A DNA stretch of 64,000 nucleotides from Vicinamibacterales bacterium (GTDB lineage: Bacteria > Acidobacteriota > Vicinamibacteria > Vicinamibacterales > UBA8438). Location: contig CBDAVM010000002.1 of assembly GCA_965200895.1 (NCBI GenBank), forward strand, positions 1,701,089 through 1,765,088, read 5' to 3'. The notes below the pieces were generated by a model. The model saw only the letters and a list, made by a program, of their open reading frames with translations. It was not told where the DNA came from and made no database searches. The position numbers were made by a program, and so were the translations under genes. Of this stretch, positions 29,006 through 38,732 are shown piece by piece; within the stretch, counting starts at the first letter, position 1, and each line of letters begins with the position of its first letter.

Positions 29006-29329
29006 ATGCATGACACGGAACGGATCGCCAGGTTCTTCGTGGGGCAGATCGTCCATCACGTCCGGTTCGACTATCGCGGCGTGGTCTTCGACGTCGACCC
29101 GACTTTCCAGGGCAGCGACGCCTGGTACGCACGGGTCGCACGTTCGCGACCGCCGCGGGACCGTCCGTGGTACCACGTGCTGGTCGACGGCGCGCAGCAC
29201 ACGACCTACGTGGCGGAGCGGAACCTGGAGCCGGCCACCGACGCCGAGCCCATCCATCACCCGCTCGTGCAGGTGGTGTGCGGCGCCTACCGCGACGGCC
29301 GCTACCTGCCGCGCAGCGCCGTCCAGTAG
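29006..29329 (+). CDS. hspQ: Heat-shock protein HspQ / hemimethylated-DNA-binding YccV-family protein
   Basis: Trimmed to ATG 29006. FFVGQIVHHVRFDYRGVVFDVDPTF...PWYHVLVDGAQHTTYVAERNL is the YccV/HspQ signature. 107 aa. Confidence 0.8.
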   Translation: MHDTERIARFFVGQIVHHVRFDYRGVVFDVDPTFQGSDAWYARVARSRPPRDRPWYHVLVDGAQHTTYVAERNLEPATDAEPIHHPLVQVVCGAYRDGRYLPRSAVQ

Positions 29330-29482
29330 GAGCCCGGATCGATTCGGAAGCCTCCATGGAGCACGTCCGCAGAACGGATGCGCGGTCTCCCGGGTCCACA
29401 AGCCGGGCAGCCGGCGCTGCCCGGGCAGGGATGAACGTGGACTGACCGCGCAACTGTCTTCCACTCGCCACCACGCCGACCG

Positions 29483-31180
29483 ATGCCCGCAGCCCGTCGC
29501 CGCCGCACGCGCCCGAAACAGCCGCGCGCCGGCGCGCCCGGGCCGGGGACTCCCCCGCCTGCGCCGCCCTCCGCGCCGTCATCGGCAATCGGCGACCGGC
29601 GGCGCGGCGCCCGTGGAGCGACGCCCCGGCCCGCGCCCTCCACGTCCCCGGGACAACTCTTCGGCATCCCCCTGGCGCTGACGCTCGGCCTCCTGTCGAT
29701 GTCGTTCCTGCCCCGCGTGCAGGCGTCAGCCGCACTCGCGCTGTCGTTCCAGGGCGCCGCGGGGGTGCTGCTGGCCTGGCTGGCGGCGCTCCACCTGCTG
29801 CACCGGCGCGAACGCATCCGGCCGGCCATCGACACGGCCCTGCGCCCCCAGCACTACGTGCAGGCGGCGGTGCAACTGTCGGTCTTCGCCTACTGGGGCT
29901 GGTACTGGCGGCCGGTCTACGACCACGCCTGGCTGCTGGCCGGGCAGCTCGCCTTCGCCTACGCCTTCGATCTGCTGCTGGCCTGGTCGCGCCGCGAGCG
30001 CTACGTGCTGGGCTTCGGCCCCTTCCCGATCATCTTCAGCACCAACCTGTTCCTGTGGTTCCGCGACGACTGGTTCGGTCTGCAGTTCCTGATGATCGCG
30101 GTCGGCTTTCTCGGCAAGGCGTTCGTGCGCTGGGAACGCGACGGGCGGCGCGTGCACGTCTTCAATCCGTCCGCGTTCTCGCTGGGCCTGTTCTCGGTCG
30201 TCCTCATCGCCACCGACACGACAGCGCTCACCTGGGGCGAGGAGATCGCCACCACGCTGACCCGGGCGCCGCGCATCTACCTGTTCCTGTTTCTCGCGGG
30301 CCTCGTGGTGATGTACCGTTTCGCGATCACGCTGGTCGCAGGCTCCGCCGCGGCCGTCCTGTTCGGGCTGAGCGCACTGTGGGCGGCGGCGACCGGGGTG
30401 CCCTGGTTCGTCGACTCCGAGATCCCCACGGCGGTCTTCCTGGGCCTGCACCTGCTGGTCACCGATCCGTCGACCTCGCCGCGCACACCCATCGGGAAGA
30501 CCGTCTTCGGCGTGCTGTACGGCGCGGGCGTCTTCGCACTCTACGCACTGCTCGGGGCGTTCGGGGCGCCCACCTTCTACGACAAGCTGCTGTCGGTGCC
30601 GCTGCTCAACCTGAGCGTGCGCCGGATCGACCGGCTGGCTGCCGCGCTCGAGTCCGGGGCGCCGCTGCGGCCGATCGCCGGACGAATGGCCCGCCCCGGC
30701 GCCAACCGCGTGCAGATGGCGGTCTGGATCGCCTTCTTCGCCGTGATGACCGTGGCGGGCGCGACCGACGGGCGGCACCGCGGCGACAGCGTGCCGTTCT
30801 GGGAGCAGGCGTGCGCCGAGGGGCGCCGGGGAGCGTGCGCGCGGCTGCTGCAGATCGAGGCGTCGTACTGCGCCGACGCCTCGGCCTGGGCCTGCAACGA
30901 ACTCGGCCGCCACTACCTGGACGGCGTCATCGTCGTCGCGGACGCGGCGCTCGGGCTCGACTACTTCGCACGGGCCTGCGAGCTGCGCTTCCGGCCGGCG
31001 TGCCTGAACCTGCTGGCGCAGGACAGTGCCTACGGCGCGCCGCCCAAGACCCTCGACCTGCGGCTGCTGCTGCGGGAGGGCGGACGCAACCTGATGGAGA
31101 TGTCCGAGGCGGACCTGCTGGCGCGGGCCTGTGACCACGGCTGGGCCTTCGCCTGCGGGCGGAGGGAGGCGCTCCGATGA
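29483..31180 (+). CDS. Polytopic membrane protein (RnfD/NqrB/UnbU-like TDPxTSP motif) fused to C-terminal Cys-rich Sel1-like repeats
   Basis: About 10 TM segments, with HLLVTDPSTSPRTP. C-terminal WEQACAEGRRGACARLL, AWACNELGRHYLDG, YFARACELRFRPACLNLL and LLARACDHGWAFAC resemble Hcp-type Sel1 repeats. Start uncertain (29483 to ATG 29699). Confidence 0.6.
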   Translation: MPAARRRRTRPKQPRAGAPGPGTPPPAPPSAPSSAIGDRRRGARGATPRPAPSTSPGQLFGIPLALTLGLLSMSFLPRVQASAALALSFQGAAGVLLAWLAALHLLHRRERIRPAIDTALRPQHYVQAAVQLSVFAYWGWYWRPVYDHAWLLAGQLAFAYAFDLLLAWSRRERYVLGFGPFPIIFSTNLFLWFRDDWFGLQFLMIAVGFLGKAFVRWERDGRRVHVFNPSAFSLGLFSVVLIATDTTALTWGEEIATTLTRAPRIYLFLFLAGLVVMYRFAITLVAGSAAAVLFGLSALWAAATGVPWFVDSEIPTAVFLGLHLLVTDPSTSPRTPIGKTVFGVLYGAGVFALYALLGAFGAPTFYDKLLSVPLLNLSVRRIDRLAAALESGAPLRPIAGRMARPGANRVQMAVWIAFFAVMTVAGATDGRHRGDSVPFWEQACAEGRRGACARLLQIEASYCADASAWACNELGRHYLDGVIVVADAALGLDYFARACELRFRPACLNLLAQDSAYGAPPKTLDLRLLLREGGRNLMEMSEADLLARACDHGWAFACGRREALR

Positions 31181-32262
31181 CCTCGAACCGCCGCAACCCG
31201 GCACCGACCCGCCCCCGGGCCACGCCATCGAGCGGTCATCCGCACGAGACGCCGCACCGCGGCCGGCCGGCGCCGGCCGGCCGCGCCGCATCGCAACGGG
31301 TCGACGCCGACGCGGGGCGCCGGCCCGGTCCCGGCATCACGAGCGCCCGCGTGCCCCGGCACGCGCTGGCCGCGGCGCTGGCGCTCATGCTCACGGCCAC
31401 GGCGTGCGAACGGCCGGCTTCACCGGCATCGTCCAGCGATCCGGCGCTGTCTCCGCTGCCCGAGGCGCTGGACGGCTTCCGCGCCGATGCCTGGTTCCTC
31501 CCGGACGACGACCTGCTCGGCTTCGTCGAGATCCCGGCCGGCCCCTTCACCATGGGCAGCGACCCGGCAGCCGACCCGCGCGCCTTCGAAAACGAGCGCT
31601 GGTCGCAGGCCGAGACCCGGGGGACGGTCGCACTGCCCGCCTTCGCCATCGGCCGCCACGAGGTGACCGTGGCCCAGTTCCGCGCCTTCGCCGCGGCCGC
31701 CGGCGCATCCGTCGACCCCGAGGCGCTGCGCGGGCCGCCCGACCACCCGGTAGCATCCGTCTCCTGGCCCGACGCGCTGGCCTACTGCCGCTGGCTGGAG
31801 GCGACGCTGCGCGACTGGCCCGGCGCGCCGCCGCGCCTGCGCCGGTGGCTCGCCGGCGGCTGGCGCATCACGCTGCCGAGCGAGGCGGAATGGGAGAAGG
31901 CGGCCCGCGGCGCGGACGGGCGCGTATATCCCTGGGGCGACGTCCCCCGGCGCGAGCGGGCCCGCTTCGGCGGCGCGGACGGCCCGGCGCCGGTCGGAAG
32001 CCTCGACTGTCCCGAATGCCCCTTCGGCCTGCGCGACATGAGCGGCAACGTCTGGGAGCTGACCCGCAGCCCGTACCAGCCCTACCCCTACGACGAGACC
32101 GACGACGCCGGTGACCTCGACGCCGATGCGCTCTTCGTCATGCGCGGCGGCTCGTTCCTGGATCCGCCGCCCAACGTGCGCGCCGCCGTCCGCGGCGGCG
32201 CCGACCCCGGCGCGCGCCGCCCGTTCATCGGCTTCCGGGTCGTCGTCACGCCCTCCCCGTAG
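31177..32262 (+). CDS. Formylglycine-generating-enzyme (FGE/SUMF1) domain protein, probable lipoprotein
   Basis: ATGA overlap with the upstream stop; GGAGGGAGG 7 nt upstream. Lipobox LMLTATAC. FGE motifs FTMGSD, HPVASVSWPDALAYCRWL, LPSEAEWEKAARG, RVYPWGD, GNVWELT, MRGGSF and GFRVV. Alternative start GTG 31351. Confidence 0.8.
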   Translation: MTSNRRNPAPTRPRATPSSGHPHETPHRGRPAPAGRAASQRVDADAGRRPGPGITSARVPRHALAAALALMLTATACERPASPASSSDPALSPLPEALDGFRADAWFLPDDDLLGFVEIPAGPFTMGSDPAADPRAFENERWSQAETRGTVALPAFAIGRHEVTVAQFRAFAAAAGASVDPEALRGPPDHPVASVSWPDALAYCRWLEATLRDWPGAPPRLRRWLAGGWRITLPSEAEWEKAARGADGRVYPWGDVPRRERARFGGADGPAPVGSLDCPECPFGLRDMSGNVWELTRSPYQPYPYDETDDAGDLDADALFVMRGGSFLDPPPNVRAAVRGGADPGARRPFIGFRVVVTPSP

Positions 32263-32889
32263 ATGCCTGGAACGTCGAGACCGTCGACTACCATCCGAAA
32301 CGTCACCGCCGCAGGCGAACAGATGCGCCGCGTCGACGGGCCGCGGCAGCGGCAACCGATCCGGGAGGAGGAGTGGTCGAGGTCGCGTCGGAACGACCGG
32401 TAGCACGCCACCCGGCGGCGCGAGCGTTCCGGATCCAGGCGGATTTCGTGCAGCGGGCCGGCGTAGCGCTGGCAAGTGCGCCAGCGATTCGACGGTGCGG
32501 CGTTCCTCGGCTCGGAAGAGTGGCATGGTGCGAAGGAGACGTCGCACGCACGACCGTGGCCGCCCTGCGCCGCCTGACGCCTGAGCCGGCGCCCACTACG
32601 CGAGAGCGCGACAGCAGGCGCCGCCGGCTCCGACCGGACCGGGCCTCGGCGGAACGACTGCGCCCGACCACCCCGGCCCTTGGCGAGGTGAGGCCGGCAG
32701 GCAGCACGCAGGCGAAGAGTCCCGCCGCGGGCGCCGTCGGACCGAACGAGGCGCGTGGCAAGGACGATTGCAACCGCCCTGCCCCGCACCCCCGAGTGCG
32801 CCGGCCGGCTGGACCGTACCGGCGCCTGCAGCTCCGGTGCAGGCTCGACCGGTCCTCGCCGACCGTCTGCCCCGTTCGCCGCGCAGACC

Positions 32890-34521
32890 CTACGGCAACG
32901 GCACGAGCTGCGGCAGCACGTAGGCGAAGATCATCGTCACGATCCCCATGAACACGGCCAGGATGATGCTGTGCCGCAGCGTGATGCGGAACAGCCGTCC
33001 CTCCTCGGACGACGCCATGCCGGTGGCGGCCACCGCGACCGCGATGCTCTGCAGCGAGATCATCTTGCCCATCACGCCGGTGGCCGCGTTGGTCGAGGTC
33101 GTCAGAATCGGGTTCAGCTCGAGCGTGTTGGCGGTGACCGTCTGCAGCGTGCCGAACAACGCGTTCGACGCCGTATCGCTGCCGGTCAGGAACACCCCGG
33201 TCCAGCCGAGCATCGCGCTGAAGAACGGGAACACCGCACCGGTGGCCGCGAAGGCGAGCCCCAGGGTCGTGGTCATGCCGGCGTAGTTCATCACGTAGGC
33301 CACGGCCAGCACCGAGGCGATGGTCAGCAGCGGCATCGACAACTGCTTCAGCACGGCTCTCACGATCCCGAAGAAGCGGGCCGGAGACAGGCCGAGCACG
33401 AGCGCGGCGGTGAACGCGGCCAGGAAGCACGAGGTGCCGGCGCCCGAGAGCCACTGGAAGTTGTAGACCGCGGGGTACGCCGACGGCTCCGCGGTCAGCG
33501 GCGGGAGGCGCTGGATCACGTTGTGCAGCCCCGGCACCTCGATCGGCACGCTGACCAGGTTCAGCACGCCCTGGATCGGCGGATAGCGCCACGCGAGCAC
33601 GAACACGACGAGCAGGATGTAGGGGACCCACGCCGTGACGAGCTCTCCGGTCGTGTGCGAGCGGTGCTGCCGGACGGCCTCGCTGTCGCCTTCGAGGCGG
33701 AAGACCTGCTTCGGCGTCCACGCCTTCATCACGAGCACCATCGTCACCAGCGCGGCGATCGAGGCCAGGATGACCGCCACTTCGGGTCCGATGGTGTTGG
33801 TCACCAGGATCAGCACGCCGGCGAACGCGAGCGAGCAGGCCGCAATCGGCGGCAGCACCTCGGCCGCGCGCCGCACGCCCGACATGATGACGACCATGTA
33901 GGCCGGGATGACGATGGCGATCAGGCCGCACAGGCGGCCGGTCATCGAGCTGAGCGCGTCCTCCGGCAGCCCGGTGACGTTGGCGAGGGTGACCACCGGG
34001 ATGCCGAGCGACCCGAACGCCACCGGCGCGGTGTTGGCGACCAGACAGATGAACGCCGCGTAGAACGGCGGAAAGCCCAGGCCCGTCAGCATCGCCGCGG
34101 CCACCGCCACCGGCGTGCCGAACCCGGCCGCGCCCTCGATGAAGGCGCCGAAGGCGAAACCGATCAGCACCGCCTGCAGGCGGCGGTCATCGGAGAGGGC
34201 GCCGATCGAGTCCTTGATGATCTCGAACTTGCCGGTGTCGAGCGTCACCCGGTACAGGATCAGCGACGCGATGACGATCCAGCCGATGGGGAACAGCCCG
34301 AAGGCGGCGCCGTTGACCATCGACGCCGCCGCCTGCGGGACCGGCATGCCGTAGACGCCGATCGCCAGGACGAGCGCGGCGGCGAGCCCGCTCAGGCCGG
34401 CGACCCAACTGGGTTTCCGCTTGACCCCCAGCAGGTAGAAGAGAACGCCCAGCGGGATGGCCGAGATGAGCGTCGAGTAGACGAGGCTGTCAGCAACCGG
34501 CGTGTAGTTGTGCTCCCACAT
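32890..34521 (-). CDS. lctP: L-lactate permease (LctP family)
   Basis: Trimmed to ATG 34521 (MWEHNYTPV...). LctP-family blocks FGLFPIGWIV, LIGFAFGAFIEGAAGFGTPVAVAAAML, LVANTAPVAFGSLGIP and GKMISLQSIAVA. Confidence 0.85.
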   Translation of the reverse strand: MWEHNYTPVADSLVYSTLISAIPLGVLFYLLGVKRKPSWVAGLSGLAAALVLAIGVYGMPVPQAAASMVNGAAFGLFPIGWIVIASLILYRVTLDTGKFEIIKDSIGALSDDRRLQAVLIGFAFGAFIEGAAGFGTPVAVAAAMLTGLGFPPFYAAFICLVANTAPVAFGSLGIPVVTLANVTGLPEDALSSMTGRLCGLIAIVIPAYMVVIMSGVRRAAEVLPPIAACSLAFAGVLILVTNTIGPEVAVILASIAALVTMVLVMKAWTPKQVFRLEGDSEAVRQHRSHTTGELVTAWVPYILLVVFVLAWRYPPIQGVLNLVSVPIEVPGLHNVIQRLPPLTAEPSAYPAVYNFQWLSGAGTSCFLAAFTAALVLGLSPARFFGIVRAVLKQLSMPLLTIASVLAVAYVMNYAGMTTTLGLAFAATGAVFPFFSAMLGWTGVFLTGSDTASNALFGTLQTVTANTLELNPILTTSTNAATGVMGKMISLQSIAVAVAATGMASSEEGRLFRITLRHSIILAVFMGIVTMIFAYVLPQLVPLP

Positions 34522-34753
34522 GCGGCGGACTGTAGCACACGATCGGCGGTGCGGCAGGCGACGGCGCGCACGGCAGATGGGGCGGCGCCGGAAGTGCGGC
34601 AACCTGAACACGATCGGCGTGCGGCGGGCGCACACGAGCTGGTCAGCAGCGACGGCGAGCCGGCAGGCGATGCCCACGATCGGCGGCACGGCAGGCGACG
34701 CGCGCACAGGGCTGCTATCCTACGCAGCGTCCGTCACCGCGGAGCGTTCAACG

Positions 34754-35227
34754 ATGTCCAGACGCCACTGGCTGATGAAGTGCGAGCCGTCCGCCTACTC
34801 CATCGACGATCTCGCCCGCGACAGGCGGACCTGCTGGGAAGGAGTCCGCAACTTCCAGGCGCGGAACTTCATGCGCGACGTGATGCAGGTTGACGACGCC
34901 GTGCTGTTCTACGCCTCGAACGCCGACCCGTCGGGAGTCTCCGGCCTCGCCCGGATCTGCCGCACCGGCTATCCCGACCACTACGCCTGGCAGGCCGGGC
35001 ACAAGTACTTCGACGCCCGCAGCACCGAGGACAGGCCGCTCTGGTACATGGTGGACATCGAGTTCGTGGAGCGGTTTCCCGCCACCATCCCGCTCGCCAC
35101 CCTGAAGGCGACCCCGGGGCTCGACGAGATGATGGTGACGAAGAAGGGCAGCCGCCTGTCGGTCCAGCCGGTCACCGCGGCGGAGTACGACATCGTCGCC
35201 GCCCTCGGCCGCGGCGCCGGCGTGTGA
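34754..35227 (+). CDS. EVE (PUA-like, DUF55) domain protein
   Basis: Trimmed to ATG 34754. HWLMKCEPSAYSIDDL...WEGVRNFQARNFMRD...VLFYASN...LWYMVDIEF...L matches the EVE domain pattern. 157 aa. Confidence 0.8.
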   Translation: MSRRHWLMKCEPSAYSIDDLARDRRTCWEGVRNFQARNFMRDVMQVDDAVLFYASNADPSGVSGLARICRTGYPDHYAWQAGHKYFDARSTEDRPLWYMVDIEFVERFPATIPLATLKATPGLDEMMVTKKGSRLSVQPVTAAEYDIVAALGRGAGV

Positions 35228-35525
35228 TCGGCCCACCGCACGCGACGACCCAGGGAGCGCACGGAAGGATCTCCGCCGCGAAGGCGCACGACCGCGCCTC
35301 GACGGTGCTCCCTGCCCGAACGCGGCGTGATCGTGCTGCAGCCGTGGCCGGCGAAGCACCCGCAAGCGCGCGCCGCCTCGCGCCGCCAACCCGTCGCAAG
35401 GCTCCGTGTTCGGCCCGGCCCCCACCGCCCCAGGAGCTTGCGCTGCAGAAGCGCCGAGGCGCAAGCTCATGGAACGGGGGAGATGGCCCGAAACGCCGAG
35501 CCGGCGAGGCGTTTCGGGCGCCGGC

Positions 35526-36971
35526 CTACTGCGTGGGCGGCTCCCCGATCGCCTTGAGCACCTCCCGCGTCAGGCTCCAGCGGTCGAAGCCCTGCCGCCC
35601 GTAGTCGAGGCCGCGGCGCACGATGACGAGGTCGTGCGTGGGTACGATGACCACGTACTGCCCGCGGTTGCCCGATGTGGAGTACGCCGACTTCGGCACG
35701 TCGTTGCGGCCGTCCGGCACCAGCCAGAACTGCCCGCCGTAGAAGTTGCCGGTCCCGGCGGTGGCCGGCGCCGGCGTGCGAACGAAGTCGACCCATGCCT
35801 CGGAGATCAACCGCTCGCCGTTCCAGACCCCGCCCTGCAGATAGAGCAGCCCGAAGCGGGCCAGGTCGCGCGCGTTCGTGTAGACCTGACTGCTGAGGAT
35901 GAAGTCGCCGAAACGATCCGTGCTGACCAGCGTGTTGCGCATGCCGATGCGGTCGAGCAGGCGCCGGCGCGGGAACTCGCGATAGGCCTTCTCGCTGCCC
36001 AGGGCGCGCTTCATGGCGTAGACGCCGAGCAGCGTGTCGTAGTTCTCGTAGTCCCAGTTCGTACCCGGCTCGCGGATCGCGCCGCGGCTGCGCGCGCCGA
36101 CCACCGAGCTGGCCCCGGCCCAGTACGACAGCCCCGATCCGATGGCGTACTCGCGGCCGGAGTTGTCCACCGGCTCCAGGCCGCTGGACATGTTCAGCAC
36201 GTGGCGGAGGGTGATCTCCGAGCGGGGATCCTGGTCCGGGGCCGCCGCCTGCGGGAAGAAGTCGTAGCCGAGCGGCTCGTCAAGGGCCAGCTTCCCCTCG
36301 TCGACCAGCATCCCCATCAGCGTCGATGCGATGCTCTTGGCCGTCGACCAGGTCCGCGTCCGCGTCGTCACGTCGACGCCCGGCGCGTACCGCTCGTGGA
36401 TGATCTCGCCCTGGTGCACGACCAGCAGGCTCAGCGTGACCTGCTCGGGCGACTCCCGGTCGAACGCCCAGTCCGACGCTGCCTGCAGGGCCGCCGCATC
36501 GACGTGCGCCGGCAGCGGCTGTTCCTCGACCTTGTCGCCGTCCGGCCAGGCGATTTCGGCCGCATCGCCCGGGGGCAGCGGCAGATCCAGGATCGGCAGG
36601 CCGTCGATATCGTCCAGGGTCTGGTCGGGGGCGAGAATCACGCAGCCGACGCCCTCCCGGAACGCGGCCCGCATCTTCGGCGCGCCGTGCCCGTTGCCGA
36701 TGACGACCGCCCGGCGGGCGGTGTCGACCTCGTAGTCGCCTCCCTCGGGCGTTCCCACCGGCTCGGGCAGGAACGCCAGCTCCTGCGCGAAGACCTGCTC
36801 GATCGTCCGGTTCGAGGTGAACAGGCCGTTGCACAGGAAGATGGCCTGCTGCCCGTGGCGGACCATTTGCCGCTGCTGCTGCCAGTAGTCGTAGGTTTCC
36901 TTCTGCTGCGCGCCGGCGATGCCGCCGAACAGCAATGCGCCCGCGAGCGCCGTGGCCAGAACGTTTCTCAT
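35526..36971 (-). CDS. Exported serine hydrolase, beta-lactamase-related family
   Basis: Trimmed to ATG 36971 (GGAGG upstream). Signal MRNVLATALAGALLFGGIAGAQQ. SxxK in TWSTAKSIASTLMG; YENYDT (YxN). Confidence 0.75.
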   Translation of the reverse strand: MRNVLATALAGALLFGGIAGAQQKETYDYWQQQRQMVRHGQQAIFLCNGLFTSNRTIEQVFAQELAFLPEPVGTPEGGDYEVDTARRAVVIGNGHGAPKMRAAFREGVGCVILAPDQTLDDIDGLPILDLPLPPGDAAEIAWPDGDKVEEQPLPAHVDAAALQAASDWAFDRESPEQVTLSLLVVHQGEIIHERYAPGVDVTTRTRTWSTAKSIASTLMGMLVDEGKLALDEPLGYDFFPQAAAPDQDPRSEITLRHVLNMSSGLEPVDNSGREYAIGSGLSYWAGASSVVGARSRGAIREPGTNWDYENYDTLLGVYAMKRALGSEKAYREFPRRRLLDRIGMRNTLVSTDRFGDFILSSQVYTNARDLARFGLLYLQGGVWNGERLISEAWVDFVRTPAPATAGTGNFYGGQFWLVPDGRNDVPKSAYSTSGNRGQYVVIVPTHDLVIVRRGLDYGRQGFDRWSLTREVLKAIGEPPTQ

Positions 36972-37168
36972 CGGAGCCTCCATCACCGTGTCGTCACCGC
37001 AACCGCAGTATTGCCGAACCCGCTCACCGTACGGTCCCGCAGGCGCTCGTCGCGCCCGGCCGACCCGGCGAGCAGGAACCGTTGCCACCGACGGACGCCG
37101 CCGCAATCTCGACCGGCCGACCTCACGCCCGCGAAGGCGGCCCCACGACCCCGCGTCGCTGCGGCCGA

Positions 37169-38524
37169 TCAGTAGTCCGCAGCCCGCAGCGACGCGCGGA
37201 TGATCTCCCGATCGTTGCGGTGCACGATGTGGCCGTTGGCGTAGGCCGGGTGCGACCAGTTGATCAGACGCGCCGCGATGCGGCCGTGCGGCGTCCGGGT
37301 GCCGGAGCTGCCCGTCGGCTCGATCAGCCGTGTGCGGCTCGTCTCGAGGTAGCCCTGCGGGGTGAACTGCGCGATCATCAGGAACCCGTCGTCGTTGTTG
37401 ACGAAGTACCGGTCCTCGTGGCGCACCAGGAAGGCGGTGGCCCAGCGCGCCTGCGCGGTCATGTCCGGGCTCATCCAGACGCGCTCGCCGGTCCGCGCGT
37501 CGAGCGCCCGCAGCTCCCCGTAGCTGTCGACGCCGTAGACGTGGTCGCCGATGATGATCGGCGTGGTCACCATCGCGTGGATGGTGTCGGTCTGGCCCGG
37601 CAGCTCGCTGCGGCTCCTGCCCTGCCAGAGGTGCGTCGCGGCGGGCCGGTCCTGGCTGAGCCGCATCATCATCGAGCCGTTGAAGAACTGCGAGACCAGC
37701 AGGTAGTCGCCGCTTTGCACCGGGGTGGCGACCGTCACCCCCATCGACACGTCCCAGGGCTGCTCCCAGTAGAGTTCGCCGGTCTCGGGGTCGAGTGATG
37801 CGAGCGCGGACGGGTGCCAGATGATGAGCTGCCGGGCGCCGCCCGCCTCGTAGATCACCGGTTGCGCGTAGCCCATCTCCGTGCCGGTCTCGATCGCCCG
37901 CCAGATCTCGGCGCCGGTGTGCTTGTCGAAGGCCATCACCAGTGCGTCGGGCTCGCCGCCCACCACGGTGATGAGCCGGTCGCCGTCGACGAGCGGCGCG
38001 CTGACGATGCCCCATACCGGCACGCTGGTGTCGTACTCGGCGACGTAATCCTTCTCCCAGATCACACGACCGGTCTCCACGTCGAGGCAGAAGAGACGTC
38101 CCGTGCCGCCGACGACGTAGACGCGGTCACCGTCGACGGTCGGCGTGGCCCGCGGGCCGACGGCGTAGGCCACCGACAGCATCCGGTAGCTGGTGGTCCA
38201 CTCGTGCGTCCAGAGCACGGCGCCGGTCCGCTCGTCGAGGGCCAGGGCGCGCTCGGTGCCGTCCAGCGTGCGCGACTCGGGATCCTCCATCCAGTCGGTG
38301 ATGAAGATGCGCCCGTCGGCGACGGCCGGGCCGGAGTATCCCGACCGGATGGGCGTGCGCCATGCGACGCGCAGCGTCTCCGGCAGTTCCTCGACGATCC
38401 CGGTCTCGTTCCAGACGGCCAGCCGCTCCGTCCCGCGCCACTGCGGCCAGTCCTCCGCCGACACGCCGGTGACGGCGCCCGCCGCGATTACCGCGGCCCC
38501 GCCGAGACTCAGGATCCTGCGCAT
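37169..38524 (-). CDS. Exported PQQ-like (BamB-like) beta-propeller repeat protein
   Basis: Trimmed to ATG 38524. Signal MRRILSLGGAAVIAAGAVTGVSAEDWPQWRG. Repeated blocks GRIFITD, ERTGAVLW, DRVYVVGGTGRLFCLDVETGRVIW, FDKHTGAEIW and LDARTGERVW. Confidence 0.8.
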   Translation of the reverse strand: MRRILSLGGAAVIAAGAVTGVSAEDWPQWRGTERLAVWNETGIVEELPETLRVAWRTPIRSGYSGPAVADGRIFITDWMEDPESRTLDGTERALALDERTGAVLWTHEWTTSYRMLSVAYAVGPRATPTVDGDRVYVVGGTGRLFCLDVETGRVIWEKDYVAEYDTSVPVWGIVSAPLVDGDRLITVVGGEPDALVMAFDKHTGAEIWRAIETGTEMGYAQPVIYEAGGARQLIIWHPSALASLDPETGELYWEQPWDVSMGVTVATPVQSGDYLLVSQFFNGSMMMRLSQDRPAATHLWQGRSRSELPGQTDTIHAMVTTPIIIGDHVYGVDSYGELRALDARTGERVWMSPDMTAQARWATAFLVRHEDRYFVNNDDGFLMIAQFTPQGYLETSRTRLIEPTGSSGTRTPHGRIAARLINWSHPAYANGHIVHRNDREIIRASLRAADY

Positions 38525-38732
38525 CGGGCTCTCCCCCGTCCTCGCATCACGTGCGTTGTCCCACCGCTCGGGATACGACCTCGTATCTCCCCACCGCCGG
38601 CCGGCACCATGACCGACTCGTGCCCGGCAAGTCCAGCCGGCCGGCCGATATGCATTGCCATGCGGTCGATGCCCCCAACGTCTCCGCCACCGCCGCCGGC
38701 CGGCGCCATGCCGTCCGCAGACCGTCCGCGAA

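Noticed and set aside
32263-32889. 627-bp stretch without a supported gene; a minus-strand peptide PLFRAEERRTVESLA hinted at a cNMP/Crp-like start
   Set aside because: The similarity is a few residues only and the downstream frames are Pro/Arg-rich nonsense. No RBS or start context is present. I leave it unannotated; it could be a decayed gene.
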